In this document: positions 19,132 through 29,528 of the stretch, one piece after another
How the letters are laid out: every line of letters starts with the position of its first letter
Position numbering within the stretch: position 1 is the stretch's first letter
DNA from: Nitrospirota bacterium
GTDB lineage: Bacteria > Nitrospirota > Nitrospiria > Nitrospirales > UBA8639
Direction of reading: 5' to 3'
Length of the DNA: 30,767 nucleotides
Assembly (NCBI GenBank): GCA_035873215.1
Contig: JAYWMS010000393.1
Coordinates: forward strand, 1 to 30,767
The notes under the pieces: generated by a model
Databases searched by the model: none
The model's input: the letters and a program-made list of their open reading frames with translations, nothing else
What the model was told of the DNA's origin: nothing
Position numbers and translations under genes: made by a program

Positions 19132-19980
19132 ATGCCCCCTATCGCCTATCTGAATGGGCAATTCCTTCCCCTTGAACAGGCGCGAGTTTCAATCGATGAT
19201 CGGGGTTTTCAGTTTGGTGATGGTGTCTATGAGGTGGTCCGTGTCTATCGAGGCAAGCCATTTCGGTTAGAAGATCATCTGATTCGTCTCGAGCGTAGTG
19301 CGCAAGCTATCAGCATCCCCATGACTTTGAGTGTAGGAGAATGGGAGCGGGTGATTCGGGACGGTATCGATCGAAGCCAATTGGAAGAATGCAAAGTCTA
19401 TATTCAGATCACACGCGGGGTGGCCCCGCGGGAGCATACGTTTCCGTCCTCGTCCATTCCGACGACGGTGATGACGGTTCGCGATATTGACAGCATTGAT
19501 GCGGTGTTGCGTCAAGGTGGTGTTTCCGCGATCACGTTGCCCGATCAGCGATGGGGGCGCTGCTCGATCAAAAGCCTCAATTTGCTCCCGAACTTATTGG
19601 CGAAACAACAGGCCAAAGAGCAGGAGGCCTTTGAAGCAATTCTTATCAAAGAGGGGAGCGTGACGGAGGGAACATCGAGTAACGTCATGATGGCATCAGA
19701 TGACGTGCTTGTGACCCCGGCATTGAGTGATCAATTGCTGGCCGGGGTGACTCGACAAGAGTTGCTCACACTTGCACGTCATGCGGGGATACAAGTCGAA
19801 GAGCGAGTCGTTAAACAAGATGAGTTGATGGAGGCACAGGAAGTGTTTCTTGCCGGAACCACGATTGAAGTCATCGGGGTGACAAAGCTCGATGGAAAGC
19901 CTATTGGAAATGGCCACGTTGGATTGATGACACGACGTCTTCAATCGATGCTGCTGAATGCAGTGGCAAATGAATGTTGA
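19132..19980 (+). CDS. dat: D-amino acid aminotransferase (PLP fold type IV)
   Basis: DRGFQFGDGVYEV, YIQITRG, IKSLNLL (PLP Lys), EGTSSN and LAGVTR. Confidence 0.85.
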   Translation: MPPIAYLNGQFLPLEQARVSIDDRGFQFGDGVYEVVRVYRGKPFRLEDHLIRLERSAQAISIPMTLSVGEWERVIRDGIDRSQLEECKVYIQITRGVAPREHTFPSSSIPTTVMTVRDIDSIDAVLRQGGVSAITLPDQRWGRCSIKSLNLLPNLLAKQQAKEQEAFEAILIKEGSVTEGTSSNVMMASDDVLVTPALSDQLLAGVTRQELLTLARHAGIQVEERVVKQDELMEAQEVFLAGTTIEVIGVTKLDGKPIGNGHVGLMTRRLQSMLLNAVANEC

Positions 19981-20154
19981 ACCTAACCGAATGCGTGGCG
20001 GATTTGCGTGACCAAATGTGCTTGATTGGTCCCAACTAGGTCTTGAATCCACAGGTCTGGGTTCGTACGGTCCCAAAATGTCCCAATTATACAGACCATA
20101 TTTGTTTGTTTCTGCAAAAAGGGGATTTTCTTCTTAAACAAGCCATGAGAATGC

Positions 20155-20184
20155 TTGACACCTCCTGGGTGATTTGAGTAATTT
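20155..20184 (+). promoter_or_regulatory. Candidate sigma70 promoter of the multicopper oxidase
   Basis: TTGACA (20155-20160), an 18-nt spacer and TAATTT (20179-20184). Confidence 0.45.
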
Positions 20185-20283
20185 TTGCTTGATTTTTCTC
20201 GTCGAAATTCTGCACGGAGTAATTTGACTAAACTTCCTGGGTCTTTATCGTCCTGAGTCAGGTTTTTTTAAGGAGGCCGGTCC

Positions 20284-23200
20284 ATGTTTTACTTCAATCG
20301 TTCCAATGCCACATTTCCTGCGATCCTCGGTGTAGTGGGGACCCTCACTGGCATATTCTTCATGATTTCACTTTCTGGGGCTCTGGCTGAAATTCCCGAA
20401 TCGTCAGATCTCGTCCTGCATACGGCTATGAATCAAGCACCGCCGGGTTGGGCTGAACGTCTCAAGGGGCAGACCATTATTGAAAATGCGAAAGAAGGCA
20501 GGGCCGAGCGTTCTGCGCTGGTCGAACTCCAGCACGAGCGCATGATGCAGCAGATGGAAAAGGAGATGTCGCACGACTCCAATTCCGGTGGGTATAACAC
20601 GATGTCAAAGATTCACCAGTACGGCGGCGGAAAGGGCAACTATCTGCTGTCATCGGATGGTGAAATTGAACCAGTGTCCATGTCAGGCCAAGGAAAATGT
20701 CCGTCATCCGTTCCCGTGAAACACTATGACATTTCTGCCATTAATATAGAGATCACACTGAATCAGTGGCTCGATTACTATCCGGGCTACATGTATATCT
20801 TGACCGACAATATTGAAAATGCCCGCGAGGAAGAGGCAAAAAATGCTGAGGCTCGCGAATCAGAAGGTCACCATGACCCAGGTGCGGTGAAAAATGGAAT
20901 CCAAGGGCAATGGATTCAGCCGCTTGTGATTCGAGCGAACCAAGGAGATTGTGTCAAGATCACTTTACGTAATCAGCTGGAGTTTGGTGAAGATGTGAGC
21001 CTTCATATTCATGGCTCAAGCATGCTGGTGGCCCAAACGGGTCAACCGGCCACGACGACCAATCCGGATGCCATTGCCTACGGTCTTCCCGAAGAAGAAG
21101 ATGATGATGATGATGAAGAAGCTGAAGAATCCGACAAAGAAGTTGTTAAAAACCCCAATGAAGGTGTCATAGACATGGAATGGTATATCCATCCAGATAC
21201 CCAAGAGGGTGGTCGCCAATTCCATAGCTATAGCAATGATCGCGAATTGACCGTCATGGGCCTCTTTGGGGTGTTTGTCGTGGAGCCCAAAGGTTCCAAA
21301 TATCTAAATCCGTTGGGGTTGGGGAAAGCCACTGATATGTCTAGCGGCTGGCAGGCCATCATTCAAAATGGCATGGGCCCGGACTTTCGAGAATTTGCGC
21401 TGATTTATCATGAGGTTGGTGATGAAGCGTTTCGGCCGGTCAATAAGCATGGAGACTTTCTTCCACAACGAGATCCCTTAACTGATGCGTACCGGCCTGG
21501 TGCACGTGCCTTGAATTATCGAAGTGAACCGTTTGGTATCAACAATATGCATGTGCAACATGAATACTTTGGTTTTGAAGATGAATCGATGGCCTACAGC
21601 TCCTACACGTTTGGAGATGCTGCTCCGACGATTCCGCGAAGTTATTTAGGAGACCCAGCCAAGTTTCGTCTCGTTCATGGTGGATCGGAAGTGTTTCATT
21701 CACACCATCCGCATGGTGGTGCTATCCGATGGCCTAGAAGTCCACGAGCCATTGATCAAATGCCCATGTGGCACAAAGGTCAAAATGGCCCAGTGAAATA
21801 TCCATTGATTCGTGTCAAGACCGACCGCGTGGATGTGGAAGTGATCGGGCCATCAGAAGCCATTGATCTTGAAACGGAATGCGGATCAGGGTTGTGCCAA
21901 TGGCTGGCCGGAGACTTCCTCTTCCATTGCCATGTTGCGCATCACTATGTGGCAGGAATGTGGGGTTACTGGCGTGTGTATAACACGCTTCAAGTCCCTG
22001 GCGTGAAAAATGATGTCATGGCGCCTTTACGGGAATTGCCCGATCGAATTGGTCGAATTTCTCGTCCCGTGACCTCAGATAAACTCGTTGGGACGACCGT
22101 GGATTGGTTCGGGAAGAAATTCAACATTGTCGGGAAAAAGAAGAAATCCAATTGGAAGTCTAATCCTGCCGTCGTCAACATTTATGACTGGGTGGAAATG
22201 CAATTGCCGACGCGTGGGAAGCCAGGTCATACGGATGATGAAATCGGTCAGTTGAAGTCCTATGATGCCACCGTGATTGATTGGACCTGGAAGGGGAATC
22301 GTGCGCTTAGTGAGAGAGAAAGTACGACAGACAATCCCAAGTACCATCCGAAGTGGCAAGGCTATAAAGCCGGAAAGCGTCGGGCAATTTGGTTTGAACC
22401 AACAACCGGTAAAGTCGCCTGGCCGTGGTTGACTCCGCATTTTGGGAAGAGAGTTCCCTTTTCACCCGATCGGAACCCGGCTCCATGGTTGGAAATGATT
22501 CATCTGGATGAAGATGGCCAGCCGTCTGTGGAACCAGCCAAACCAGGTGAAAACGGTCGCTGGAGCCTTTGCCCGGATCGTGCTGGTTCTCAAAAATATA
22601 ATGTGCATTTTATTAAACTTCCGATTGAGTTATCGGCAGCCCAAGGTGATCAACCAGCAATCGTTGACCCCAACGGGTTGTTGTATGTGTCTCATGATGA
22701 AGAAGAGGCAATACGGGCTAACAATGATTTAAAAGTGCCGTTTGTGTTCCGTGCCAACATTTATGATTGCATGGATTGGATTTTAACGAGTGAATGGCTG
22801 GATGATGACATTACGAACTTCCAGTCATCCAAAATCAATACGCATTTTCACTTTGTCCAGTTTGACAATCAGGCCTCTGATGGCGTGATTACAGGGTTTT
22901 CCTATGACCAATCCATGCGGCCCTTTACCCAGTTCGAGAAAAAAACGGATAAGGGGTTGCCGCTTCCAATGAATGCGAAATTTACGAAGGCCGGTAAAAA
23001 AGGCCAGCGGACAATCCATGTATCGAATGCCTCACAGTATCATGTGGGAACGGTGATTTTGGTTGGCGCGGACAATGTGAAGGGTAACGAGGTGAAGCGC
23101 ATTGTTGCCATCAAGGGTAAGAAATCGGCTTCAACTGGCGTTGGAATCTATACAGTTGGATCCGGAGATACACTTGAAAAGATTGCGCTCTCCCATGGGA

Positions 23201-25449
23201 CCAGCTTCGGTGAATTGAAAGAAATGAACGAATTGGCGAATGAAAATCTAATTTTCGTTGGCCAAAAAATCAAAGTTCCCGGTAAGGGTGGCAAGGCCTT
23301 CGCCGGTGGTCCTGGGACACTGACCTTCAAATCACCCTTAAAGCATAATCATCCTGTGGGTGATATTGTGACGGTGGAGTTCGTGCGCCAGCGGTTCTGG
23401 GTCGATGCCGACGTGGGGTCGGTCTTTTGTCATGACCATGCCTTTGGTGGAACCACCTGGCCTCACGGTGCAGTGTGTACCTTCATAATTGAACCCTTTG
23501 GCTCGACCTATCATGATCCAGTTACTGGTGCACCGAAACGGACAGGCCCCGTGATGGACATCCATACGATTGAGCCGGTGGGATATGGTGTCAGTGGAAG
23601 TTTCCGTGAACTCATGGTCCAAATAATGGACACGGTTCCACATACGGTGAACGTGGTGACTGCCGGGAATCCTCCCGGTCAGCCCATTGAAGTGGCGTTG
23701 GAAGCAGGCCGGACGGTATCGTTCCAAATGCCGCCGAACAATATGATCAAGATGACGCCGATGCCATTCCTGAATGGCGGGACTCATACAACCGGGGGTG
23801 CGTTGAATTTCAGAGCCGAGCCGTTTGCTCAACGGTTGGCGAACAATCCGGCCACATCACAGATCTTTAGCAGCAAAACGCACGGGGATCCCAGCACGAT
23901 TATGGTCCGTGCGTATTTGGGGGACTCCATTGTCTTCAGATTGGTTGATGTGACGATGAATGAGAGCAACGTCTTCACCATTTCTGGTCATGCGTTTTTG
24001 ACTGAGCGCTATGCCGGTGATGCCAATCGGAAAAATTCAATCCACATTGGTATTGCAGAACGGTATGACCTGGTTGTGGCACAAGCAGGAGGTCCACGGC
24101 TGCAACCTGGAGATTATATGTACTTCAATGGGCGCAATTCAAAATTTTCAGAAGGGTCTTGGGGTATTATTCGGGTGTTGGAAAAAGAAGTTCCTGACCT
24201 GAAGCCATTGCCCAACGCAGGGTTTGGCCAAACCGGGATTAAGAAACCTTTACCGATTTGTCCTAAAGGGGCACCGGTGAAGAACTTTAATGTTGTGGCT
24301 ATTGATTTCCCACAAATGACCTTTAACCCGAATGTGGAAGAGGCCATTGAAGTGGACTTTGAACGGAAAATCGAAGTTCAAAATCCGGATGCGAAAATCT
24401 ATATCCTCGAGGAGGAAGTGGCGAAAGTATCCGGGAAATACCAGCCCATGCCGCTGACGTTGCGGGCGAATGTGGGTGATTGTTTAAAAGTAAAACTGAA
24501 AAACAAGATGAAGAAGAGCCGTGCGTCATTCTCGGCCTTCAGCTTGGCGTTTAATCCTAAAGATTCTCAGGGAGTCAATCTCGGCAACAATCCAGGTGAT
24601 CAAACGATCGCTCCGGGGAAGACCCGAACCTATACCTACTATGCTGATCCGTTCTTTGGGGAGACGCAATCCCTGGTTTGGGATTGGGGTAATGTGGCCA
24701 TGAATCCTCGGAACGGCTTGTTTGGCGGGATCGTGATTGGTCCTAAAGGATCCCAATATCGTGATCCGCAGACCGGTGCGGATATCTCATTAAAGAATAG
24801 CTGGAAGGCTGATGTGATCGTTGATCGGACCATTCCTGGGAATGAAGCACGCCAGAACTATCGCGATGTTGCCTTATTCTTCCAGGAAGAAGACAACATC
24901 ATTGGGACAAGTTTCATGCCCTATGTCCAGAATGTTGCAGGGTTAATTGGTATAAATTACAGGTCGGAGCCTTATCTGTACCGAGAAGAGGAAGGCTGCT
25001 CGCTGGGTAGGATGTTCCAGCCATGCCAGGTAGATGATCCGAAAGATCCTGTGACACCACTCATTCAAGCTCATGCAGGAGACCCAGTTCGCATCCATGT
25101 GTTTGGTGCGAGCAATGAGCAGAACGGGATGTTCAGTGTTGAAAAACATGAATGGCCGATTGAGCCGTTTATGGGCGGTGCCGATCACATCAGTGTCGTG
25201 GAATTTGCTGGCTCAGAAGGAATAGATGCGTTCATTCCTTCGGCTGGTGGCCGGTTTGCCCTATCCGGGGATTATGTGTATAGCAACGCCCGGTTGCCAT
25301 ATTCACAGTCAGGACAATGGGGGTATTTCCGCGTTTTGCCGGCAGGGGATCAACGTATTCTTCCCCTGGGTGGAGTGAGTCCCGGTGTAAAAGAAGCCAA
25401 GGTATCCCAACCTGAAAAAGTCCTCGCTCAGCCAGTTGCGTTTAAATAA
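20284..25449 (+). CDS. Giant exported six-domain multicopper oxidase (MnxG/ceruloplasmin-like architecture) with inserted LysM domain
   Basis: Sec signal and RBS AAGGAGG. Copper motifs [28 protein letters not shown] and CHDH. Six RAxxGD-initiated cupredoxin repeats. LysM at aa ~956-999. Confidence 0.85.
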   Translation: MFYFNRSNATFPAILGVVGTLTGIFFMISLSGALAEIPESSDLVLHTAMNQAPPGWAERLKGQTIIENAKEGRAERSALVELQHERMMQQMEKEMSHDSNSGGYNTMSKIHQYGGGKGNYLLSSDGEIEPVSMSGQGKCPSSVPVKHYDISAINIEITLNQWLDYYPGYMYILTDNIENAREEEAKNAEARESEGHHDPGAVKNGIQGQWIQPLVIRANQGDCVKITLRNQLEFGEDVSLHIHGSSMLVAQTGQPATTTNPDAIAYGLPEEEDDDDDEEAEESDKEVVKNPNEGVIDMEWYIHPDTQEGGRQFHSYSNDRELTVMGLFGVFVVEPKGSKYLNPLGLGKATDMSSGWQAIIQNGMGPDFREFALIYHEVGDEAFRPVNKHGDFLPQRDPLTDAYRPGARALNYRSEPFGINNMHVQHEYFGFEDESMAYSSYTFGDAAPTIPRSYLGDPAKFRLVHGGSEVFHSHHPHGGAIRWPRSPRAIDQMPMWHKGQNGPVKYPLIRVKTDRVDVEVIGPSEAIDLETECGSGLCQWLAGDFLFHCHVAHHYVAGMWGYWRVYNTLQVPGVKNDVMAPLRELPDRIGRISRPVTSDKLVGTTVDWFGKKFNIVGKKKKSNWKSNPAVVNIYDWVEMQLPTRGKPGHTDDEIGQLKSYDATVIDWTWKGNRALSERESTTDNPKYHPKWQGYKAGKRRAIWFEPTTGKVAWPWLTPHFGKRVPFSPDRNPAPWLEMIHLDEDGQPSVEPAKPGENGRWSLCPDRAGSQKYNVHFIKLPIELSAAQGDQPAIVDPNGLLYVSHDEEEAIRANNDLKVPFVFRANIYDCMDWILTSEWLDDDITNFQSSKINTHFHFVQFDNQASDGVITGFSYDQSMRPFTQFEKKTDKGLPLPMNAKFTKAGKKGQRTIHVSNASQYHVGTVILVGADNVKGNEVKRIVAIKGKKSASTGVGIYTVGSGDTLEKIALSHGTSFGELKEMNELANENLIFVGQKIKVPGKGGKAFAGGPGTLTFKSPLKHNHPVGDIVTVEFVRQRFWVDADVGSVFCHDHAFGGTTWPHGAVCTFIIEPFGSTYHDPVTGAPKRTGPVMDIHTIEPVGYGVSGSFRELMVQIMDTVPHTVNVVTAGNPPGQPIEVALEAGRTVSFQMPPNNMIKMTPMPFLNGGTHTTGGALNFRAEPFAQRLANNPATSQIFSSKTHGDPSTIMVRAYLGDSIVFRLVDVTMNESNVFTISGHAFLTERYAGDANRKNSIHIGIAERYDLVVAQAGGPRLQPGDYMYFNGRNSKFSEGSWGIIRVLEKEVPDLKPLPNAGFGQTGIKKPLPICPKGAPVKNFNVVAIDFPQMTFNPNVEEAIEVDFERKIEVQNPDAKIYILEEEVAKVSGKYQPMPLTLRANVGDCLKVKLKNKMKKSRASFSAFSLAFNPKDSQGVNLGNNPGDQTIAPGKTRTYTYYADPFFGETQSLVWDWGNVAMNPRNGLFGGIVIGPKGSQYRDPQTGADISLKNSWKADVIVDRTIPGNEARQNYRDVALFFQEEDNIIGTSFMPYVQNVAGLIGINYRSEPYLYREEEGCSLGRMFQPCQVDDPKDPVTPLIQAHAGDPVRIHVFGASNEQNGMFSVEKHEWPIEPFMGGADHISVVEFAGSEGIDAFIPSAGGRFALSGDYVYSNARLPYSQSGQWGYFRVLPAGDQRILPLGGVSPGVKEAKVSQPEKVLAQPVAFK

Positions 25450-25480
25450 CGCGTTGTAGTTGTTCGAGTCTGACAGGAAT

Positions 25481-25517
25481 AGCGGGGAAGCCGAGGTTCG
25501 GCTTCCCCGCTTTTTTT
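25481..25517 (+). terminator. Intrinsic terminator after the MCO
   Basis: 14-bp stem AGCGGGGAAGCCGA/TCGGCTTCCCCGCT followed by a T-run. Confidence 0.9.
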
Positions 25518-25594
25518 CACATGTGTTTGGAATTGCGTAGGGTCAGTTGCGACAATATTGTGAGACGGTAGACTCGATTGAGAAGGAGGGTTTC

Positions 25595-26515
25595 ATGAAG
25601 GTCCGGGTTTGTAGGTTGTTGATCAGTCTCTTGGTATGGCTGTGCAGCGTCTCATTCGCATGGCCGTATGAAGAAAGACAGGTGGTCAATGGAGGGACCA
25701 TAAAGGGGAAAGTTTTGATCACAGGGAATACGCCAAGGCCCATGGCCTTTAATTTGGTGACCATCCCGGACGCGGTTTACTGTGGCCGTATTTCCACGGG
25801 TACAGGATGGCGAATCGTGGAGGATTTTATCATTGGGTCGAATGGGAGCCTTAAGGATGTCGTGGTCATGCTCAAGGACGTCAAACAGGGAAAGCCCTTT
25901 GATTTGCCAAAGGTCAGAGTTGATGCGATGGATTGTGATTTTTTGCCCTTTATCAATGTCTTGCGCGACAAAGATGAGGTTACCGTGATCAATATGGATC
26001 CCGTGGAACATGACATCCAGGGCTATGAAACGGCTCGTGTTCGTGGAGCACGGATTCTATTCAATCGCCCTCTCCCTATGAATCCGTTTCATAAGGTCCT
26101 TGGACTGTTGAACAGCCACAAGCACATGGCTGGTAAACCCATGATTGAAAAAATTCATCTGCGTAAGGGACGAAATATCTTTGTCATGCAATGCGGGTTT
26201 CATCCCTACATGTTTTCCTGGGGTGTGGTGATCCACAATCCCTACTATTTCATCACCAAGGAAGATGGAAAATTTGAAATTTCTGATGTTCCCCCTGGAA
26301 ACTATATCTTGCAGGTTTGGCATGCCGGGATGAAAGAATACCTTGAGCGTCCTGTCACTGTGAAGCCGAAGGGGACTTTGTCAGAAAATTTTGTGTATGA
26401 GGCACCGAAGGGGCGACGGAGCGTCCATGAAATGATTGATAATACCCGATTTGGGTTGGAATTACTTGGAGAGGGTGTGGAAGTGATTCCATCACTGAGA
26501 CTCCAGAAACCTTAA
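25595..26515 (+). CDS. Secreted cupredoxin / carboxypeptidase-regulatory-like (transthyretin-fold) protein, paralogue 1
   Basis: AAGGAGG RBS before the ATG at 25595, signal peptide, GGTIKGKV, NMDPVEH...QCGFHPYM and GKFEISDVPPGNY.L.VWH. Confidence 0.8.
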   Translation: MKVRVCRLLISLLVWLCSVSFAWPYEERQVVNGGTIKGKVLITGNTPRPMAFNLVTIPDAVYCGRISTGTGWRIVEDFIIGSNGSLKDVVVMLKDVKQGKPFDLPKVRVDAMDCDFLPFINVLRDKDEVTVINMDPVEHDIQGYETARVRGARILFNRPLPMNPFHKVLGLLNSHKHMAGKPMIEKIHLRKGRNIFVMQCGFHPYMFSWGVVIHNPYYFITKEDGKFEISDVPPGNYILQVWHAGMKEYLERPVTVKPKGTLSENFVYEAPKGRRSVHEMIDNTRFGLELLGEGVEVIPSLRLQKP

Positions 26516-26519
26516 AAGT

Positions 26520-27434
26520 ATGACCCCGTTGAGACAAGTCACACAATTAGCCATTTTGGGTTTCTTTCTCGGAAATTTCCCTGCTTTGGGATATGAGGTA
26601 CAAGAAGTCAAAGAGGGTGGGACGATAACTGGCCGCGTGAAGTTAACAGGAACGGTTCCGGACCCCAAAGCCTATAATCTTGTGACCTTTCCTGATCCGG
26701 AATATTGTGGGCGAATTTCGAATGGTAAAGGATGGCGGCTGCTACGAGATTTTCGGGTTGACGAAGAAGGGGGTTTGCAGAATGTCGTGGTCCTGCTCGA
26801 GGGAGTAAAGCACGGAAAGCCGTTTTCTCTGTCGATCCCGCGCATCGAAGCCCGAGATTGTCGATTCCTGCCATTTACGACTGTGGTGCGAAGCGGGCAT
26901 GGGGTAGAAGTCATCAACATGGACCCTGTCATGCATGATATCCAGGCTTATGAAACCTCTATGTCGTCCGGTCCCCGCGTCTTGTTCAATTTGCCGCTGC
27001 CATTCAATAACATGCATCATCGAGGTGATTTACGAGCGATGCATGATCATAAGCCCGGTTCATCCTTGGTCCGCCAGTTTATGTTGAGTAAAAAACGTCG
27101 AACCTTTGTGATGCAATGTGGTTTTCATGCCTACATGGAAAGTTGGGCGATTGCCGTGGAAAATCCGTATTATGTCATGACTGATGTTCACGGAAAATTT
27201 TTTCTTGATGATATTCCTCCTGGGACCTACGACCTTCGGGCTTGGCATCCCAGTGTGAAACACGTCATCAAACATACCGTGATTATTGAGCCCGAGAGTG
27301 AATTGGTGGTTGATTTTGAGTTGCCGTCACCTGGGCGGAAAAAGACAGTGCTGACTGTTCGAACTCCTCCCCGGTTTACCCCAGCCGCTCTAGGGCGTGA
27401 ATTTACCATTGAACCGATTCTTGAGCGTCAATAG
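26520..27434 (+). CDS. Secreted cupredoxin / carboxypeptidase-regulatory-like protein, paralogue 2
   Basis: Tandem paralogue of 25595 (NLVTxPDxxYCGRISxGxGWR), with NMDPVMH...QCGFHAYM and GKFFLDDIPPGTY. Confidence 0.8.
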   Translation: MTPLRQVTQLAILGFFLGNFPALGYEVQEVKEGGTITGRVKLTGTVPDPKAYNLVTFPDPEYCGRISNGKGWRLLRDFRVDEEGGLQNVVVLLEGVKHGKPFSLSIPRIEARDCRFLPFTTVVRSGHGVEVINMDPVMHDIQAYETSMSSGPRVLFNLPLPFNNMHHRGDLRAMHDHKPGSSLVRQFMLSKKRRTFVMQCGFHAYMESWAIAVENPYYVMTDVHGKFFLDDIPPGTYDLRAWHPSVKHVIKHTVIIEPESELVVDFELPSPGRKKTVLTVRTPPRFTPAALGREFTIEPILERQ

Positions 27435-27437
27435 CGT

Positions 27438-28112
27438 ATGGGTTTCCCTCACCCCTGTGTGTATGTGAAGGAGTTAGTCCTAACTCCCTCCCTCCTTGCT
27501 TGGCATCTCGGATTGTCCATTTTCATATTAGGTTTGACAGGAAATCTGGCGCTGGCATTAGACCAACCCGGTCCTCCCGTGAACGACCTGGTTGAGTTTT
27601 CGGCGAAAATGAAATGGCGAGTTGGAGGGAAAACCGCCAAGGCTCAATTATTCGTTCAGAAGGATCGGTATCGAATTGAACATTTAGGCGGAATCAAGAC
27701 AGATCTGGGTTATGCCGGAGTGACCATTGTGCGGCTCGATCAGCAAAAGGTCTGGTATGTGATCTCCCAGCGTCGACTAGTCATGGCTGTGCCTGTGACA
27801 ACGGAATTCTTATTGCCATTTTCAATCCGACTAGAAGGAGAAGTTTCAAGGAATCTGCTTGGCGATGGGTTTGTGGGGAAGCAGCGGGCACAATTGTATG
27901 AAGTTGGAGTTGATCAAGAGGGGCATCGCGAAAGGTACTATGAGTGGGTGGATGCGGAACGGAACATCCTTTTAAAGTTGGTCAGTCTAGATCGTGATTG
28001 GTTTGTGGAATATGAACATGTGGTCCTCTCCAAACAACCTGATTATTTTTTTAATCCCCCCTTGGGATATAAAAAATATGAGGCGAGTACGCGTCAAGCA
28101 GAGAAGGGGTAA
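27438..28112 (+). CDS. Exported DUF4412-like / LolA-like beta-sheet protein
   Basis: Signal-like hydrophobic segment ending ALA, FSAKM...KDRYRIE...VTIVRLDQQKVW pattern and C-terminal DYFFNPPLGYKK. Start uncertain. Confidence 0.55.
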   Translation: MGFPHPCVYVKELVLTPSLLAWHLGLSIFILGLTGNLALALDQPGPPVNDLVEFSAKMKWRVGGKTAKAQLFVQKDRYRIEHLGGIKTDLGYAGVTIVRLDQQKVWYVISQRRLVMAVPVTTEFLLPFSIRLEGEVSRNLLGDGFVGKQRAQLYEVGVDQEGHRERYYEWVDAERNILLKLVSLDRDWFVEYEHVVLSKQPDYFFNPPLGYKKYEASTRQAEKG

Positions 28113-28117
28113 CGTGC

Positions 28118-29476
28118 ATGATGAGTAATTGCAAATATGTTTCGGTCTCGTTAGCTATCCTCGTGACTTGTTTTGGCATTTCAATCATTGGGGCCGTTGG
28201 GGGCCAGGGTACGGAAAGCCTTCAAGAAGCCAAGGCTGCGTTTGATCAAGGCAAGTTTGAACAGGTACTGGGGTTGATTGAGCCACTTATTACGGCAGGC
28301 ATTGATCCTAGAGCCAGCCTGCGATTGAAGATGTTGAGCCTTATTCGAATGGGGGAAACCAGTGATGGCGTGGATGTATACGATTACTGGACGAAGGATT
28401 CGTGGAAAAAGGATGAAGCGTTGCTTCGTGAGTTGGCACTTCACACCATCCTTCCTCTTCGGACTGATATGCGGGAACAAATGCGAGGTGCAGCCTATAC
28501 CGCACTCAAAGAAATATCGTCTTCCGAGGTCATTCCCTTCATGGAGGAAGGATTGACTGATGGGTCTGGGATGATTCGGGTCTTAGTGGCTGAGGGCCTG
28601 AGTCATTATGAATCCGCGCTCGATTCACCGAGATTTCAAGAAGCCCTAAAGGATCCTGCGGGGTTGGTTCGTGTGACGATACTTAAAGGGTTAGGACGGT
28701 CTGGTGCTCAATCCAGAGTCTCACTTATCACTCCACTTTTGGAGGATAAGCAGGAAGTCGTCCAGGTGGCCGCATCCGGTGCCTTGTTTATGTTGGGACA
28801 GACAAAACACTGGGACCGCATTAAAAAGGCAACGGAGGTGGATGAGGGATATGAGCGTGGATCAGCGCTGAGGATCTTAGGGGAACTGGGTGACCCTAGG
28901 GCGTTGCCGATTCTGAAGCAAGGCGTATTGGATCGGCAACCCTCGATTCGAGCAGCCACTGCTGCTTCATTAGGACGACTCGGATTGTCTGAAGCTGTCT
29001 CGATCCTCATCCCTATGTTGGCAGATCCTGTTCCGGCTGTACGAAGTGTCGTGGCTGTCACGCTAGGCCAATTAAAGGCTGAAGAAGCCATTCGTCCTTT
29101 AACGAGAACTTTGCATGATCGAAATGACGGGGTACGGGTGGCTGCTATCGCGGGGCTTCTGAAACTGAATACTCCTTTTCAGGTGGTGTCTCATACTGTC
29201 CAAGAATTGATAGGAAGCACGAATCCCGGGCTGAGGTCTTCCGTGGCGAAGGCCCTTGGCAATGGACGGGCTCGTGATGTGGCGGGGCTCCTTACTTTGC
29301 TATTGAATGATCCCATTCCCAAGCCCAGGATTTCGGCTTCTCGGTCCCTGGGTCGAGTCGGAGGCCGAGAGGTCATACAGGTATTGAAACGCACGCTTCG
29401 AGATTCCGATGCTGCGGTGAAAGTTACAGCCGCTGGGTCGATCGCACGAATTCTTACCCAAGCAGAAAAAACTTAA
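28118..29476 (+). CDS. Exported HEAT-repeat (PBS-lyase-like) protein
   Basis: N-terminal hydrophobic signal or anchor and about 10 repeats of L..D....VR..AA.ALG. Confidence 0.85.
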   Translation: MMSNCKYVSVSLAILVTCFGISIIGAVGGQGTESLQEAKAAFDQGKFEQVLGLIEPLITAGIDPRASLRLKMLSLIRMGETSDGVDVYDYWTKDSWKKDEALLRELALHTILPLRTDMREQMRGAAYTALKEISSSEVIPFMEEGLTDGSGMIRVLVAEGLSHYESALDSPRFQEALKDPAGLVRVTILKGLGRSGAQSRVSLITPLLEDKQEVVQVAASGALFMLGQTKHWDRIKKATEVDEGYERGSALRILGELGDPRALPILKQGVLDRQPSIRAATAASLGRLGLSEAVSILIPMLADPVPAVRSVVAVTLGQLKAEEAIRPLTRTLHDRNDGVRVAAIAGLLKLNTPFQVVSHTVQELIGSTNPGLRSSVAKALGNGRARDVAGLLTLLLNDPIPKPRISASRSLGRVGGREVIQVLKRTLRDSDAAVKVTAAGSIARILTQAEKT

Positions 29477-29528
29477 CAAAATTAAGTAGTTGGTTCGATG
29501 TTGCTGAAAGCAAGAGGTGGTACGTTAC

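Noticed and set aside
20284-20400. Tat signal on the MCO
   Set aside because: There is no twin-arginine motif. The N-terminus looks like a Sec signal ending ALA.
19132-23280. Functional link between the D-amino acid aminotransferase and the LysM-bearing MCO through peptidoglycan
   Set aside because: The genes are separated by a 300-bp intergenic region with its own promoter candidate. Adjacency alone is insufficient.
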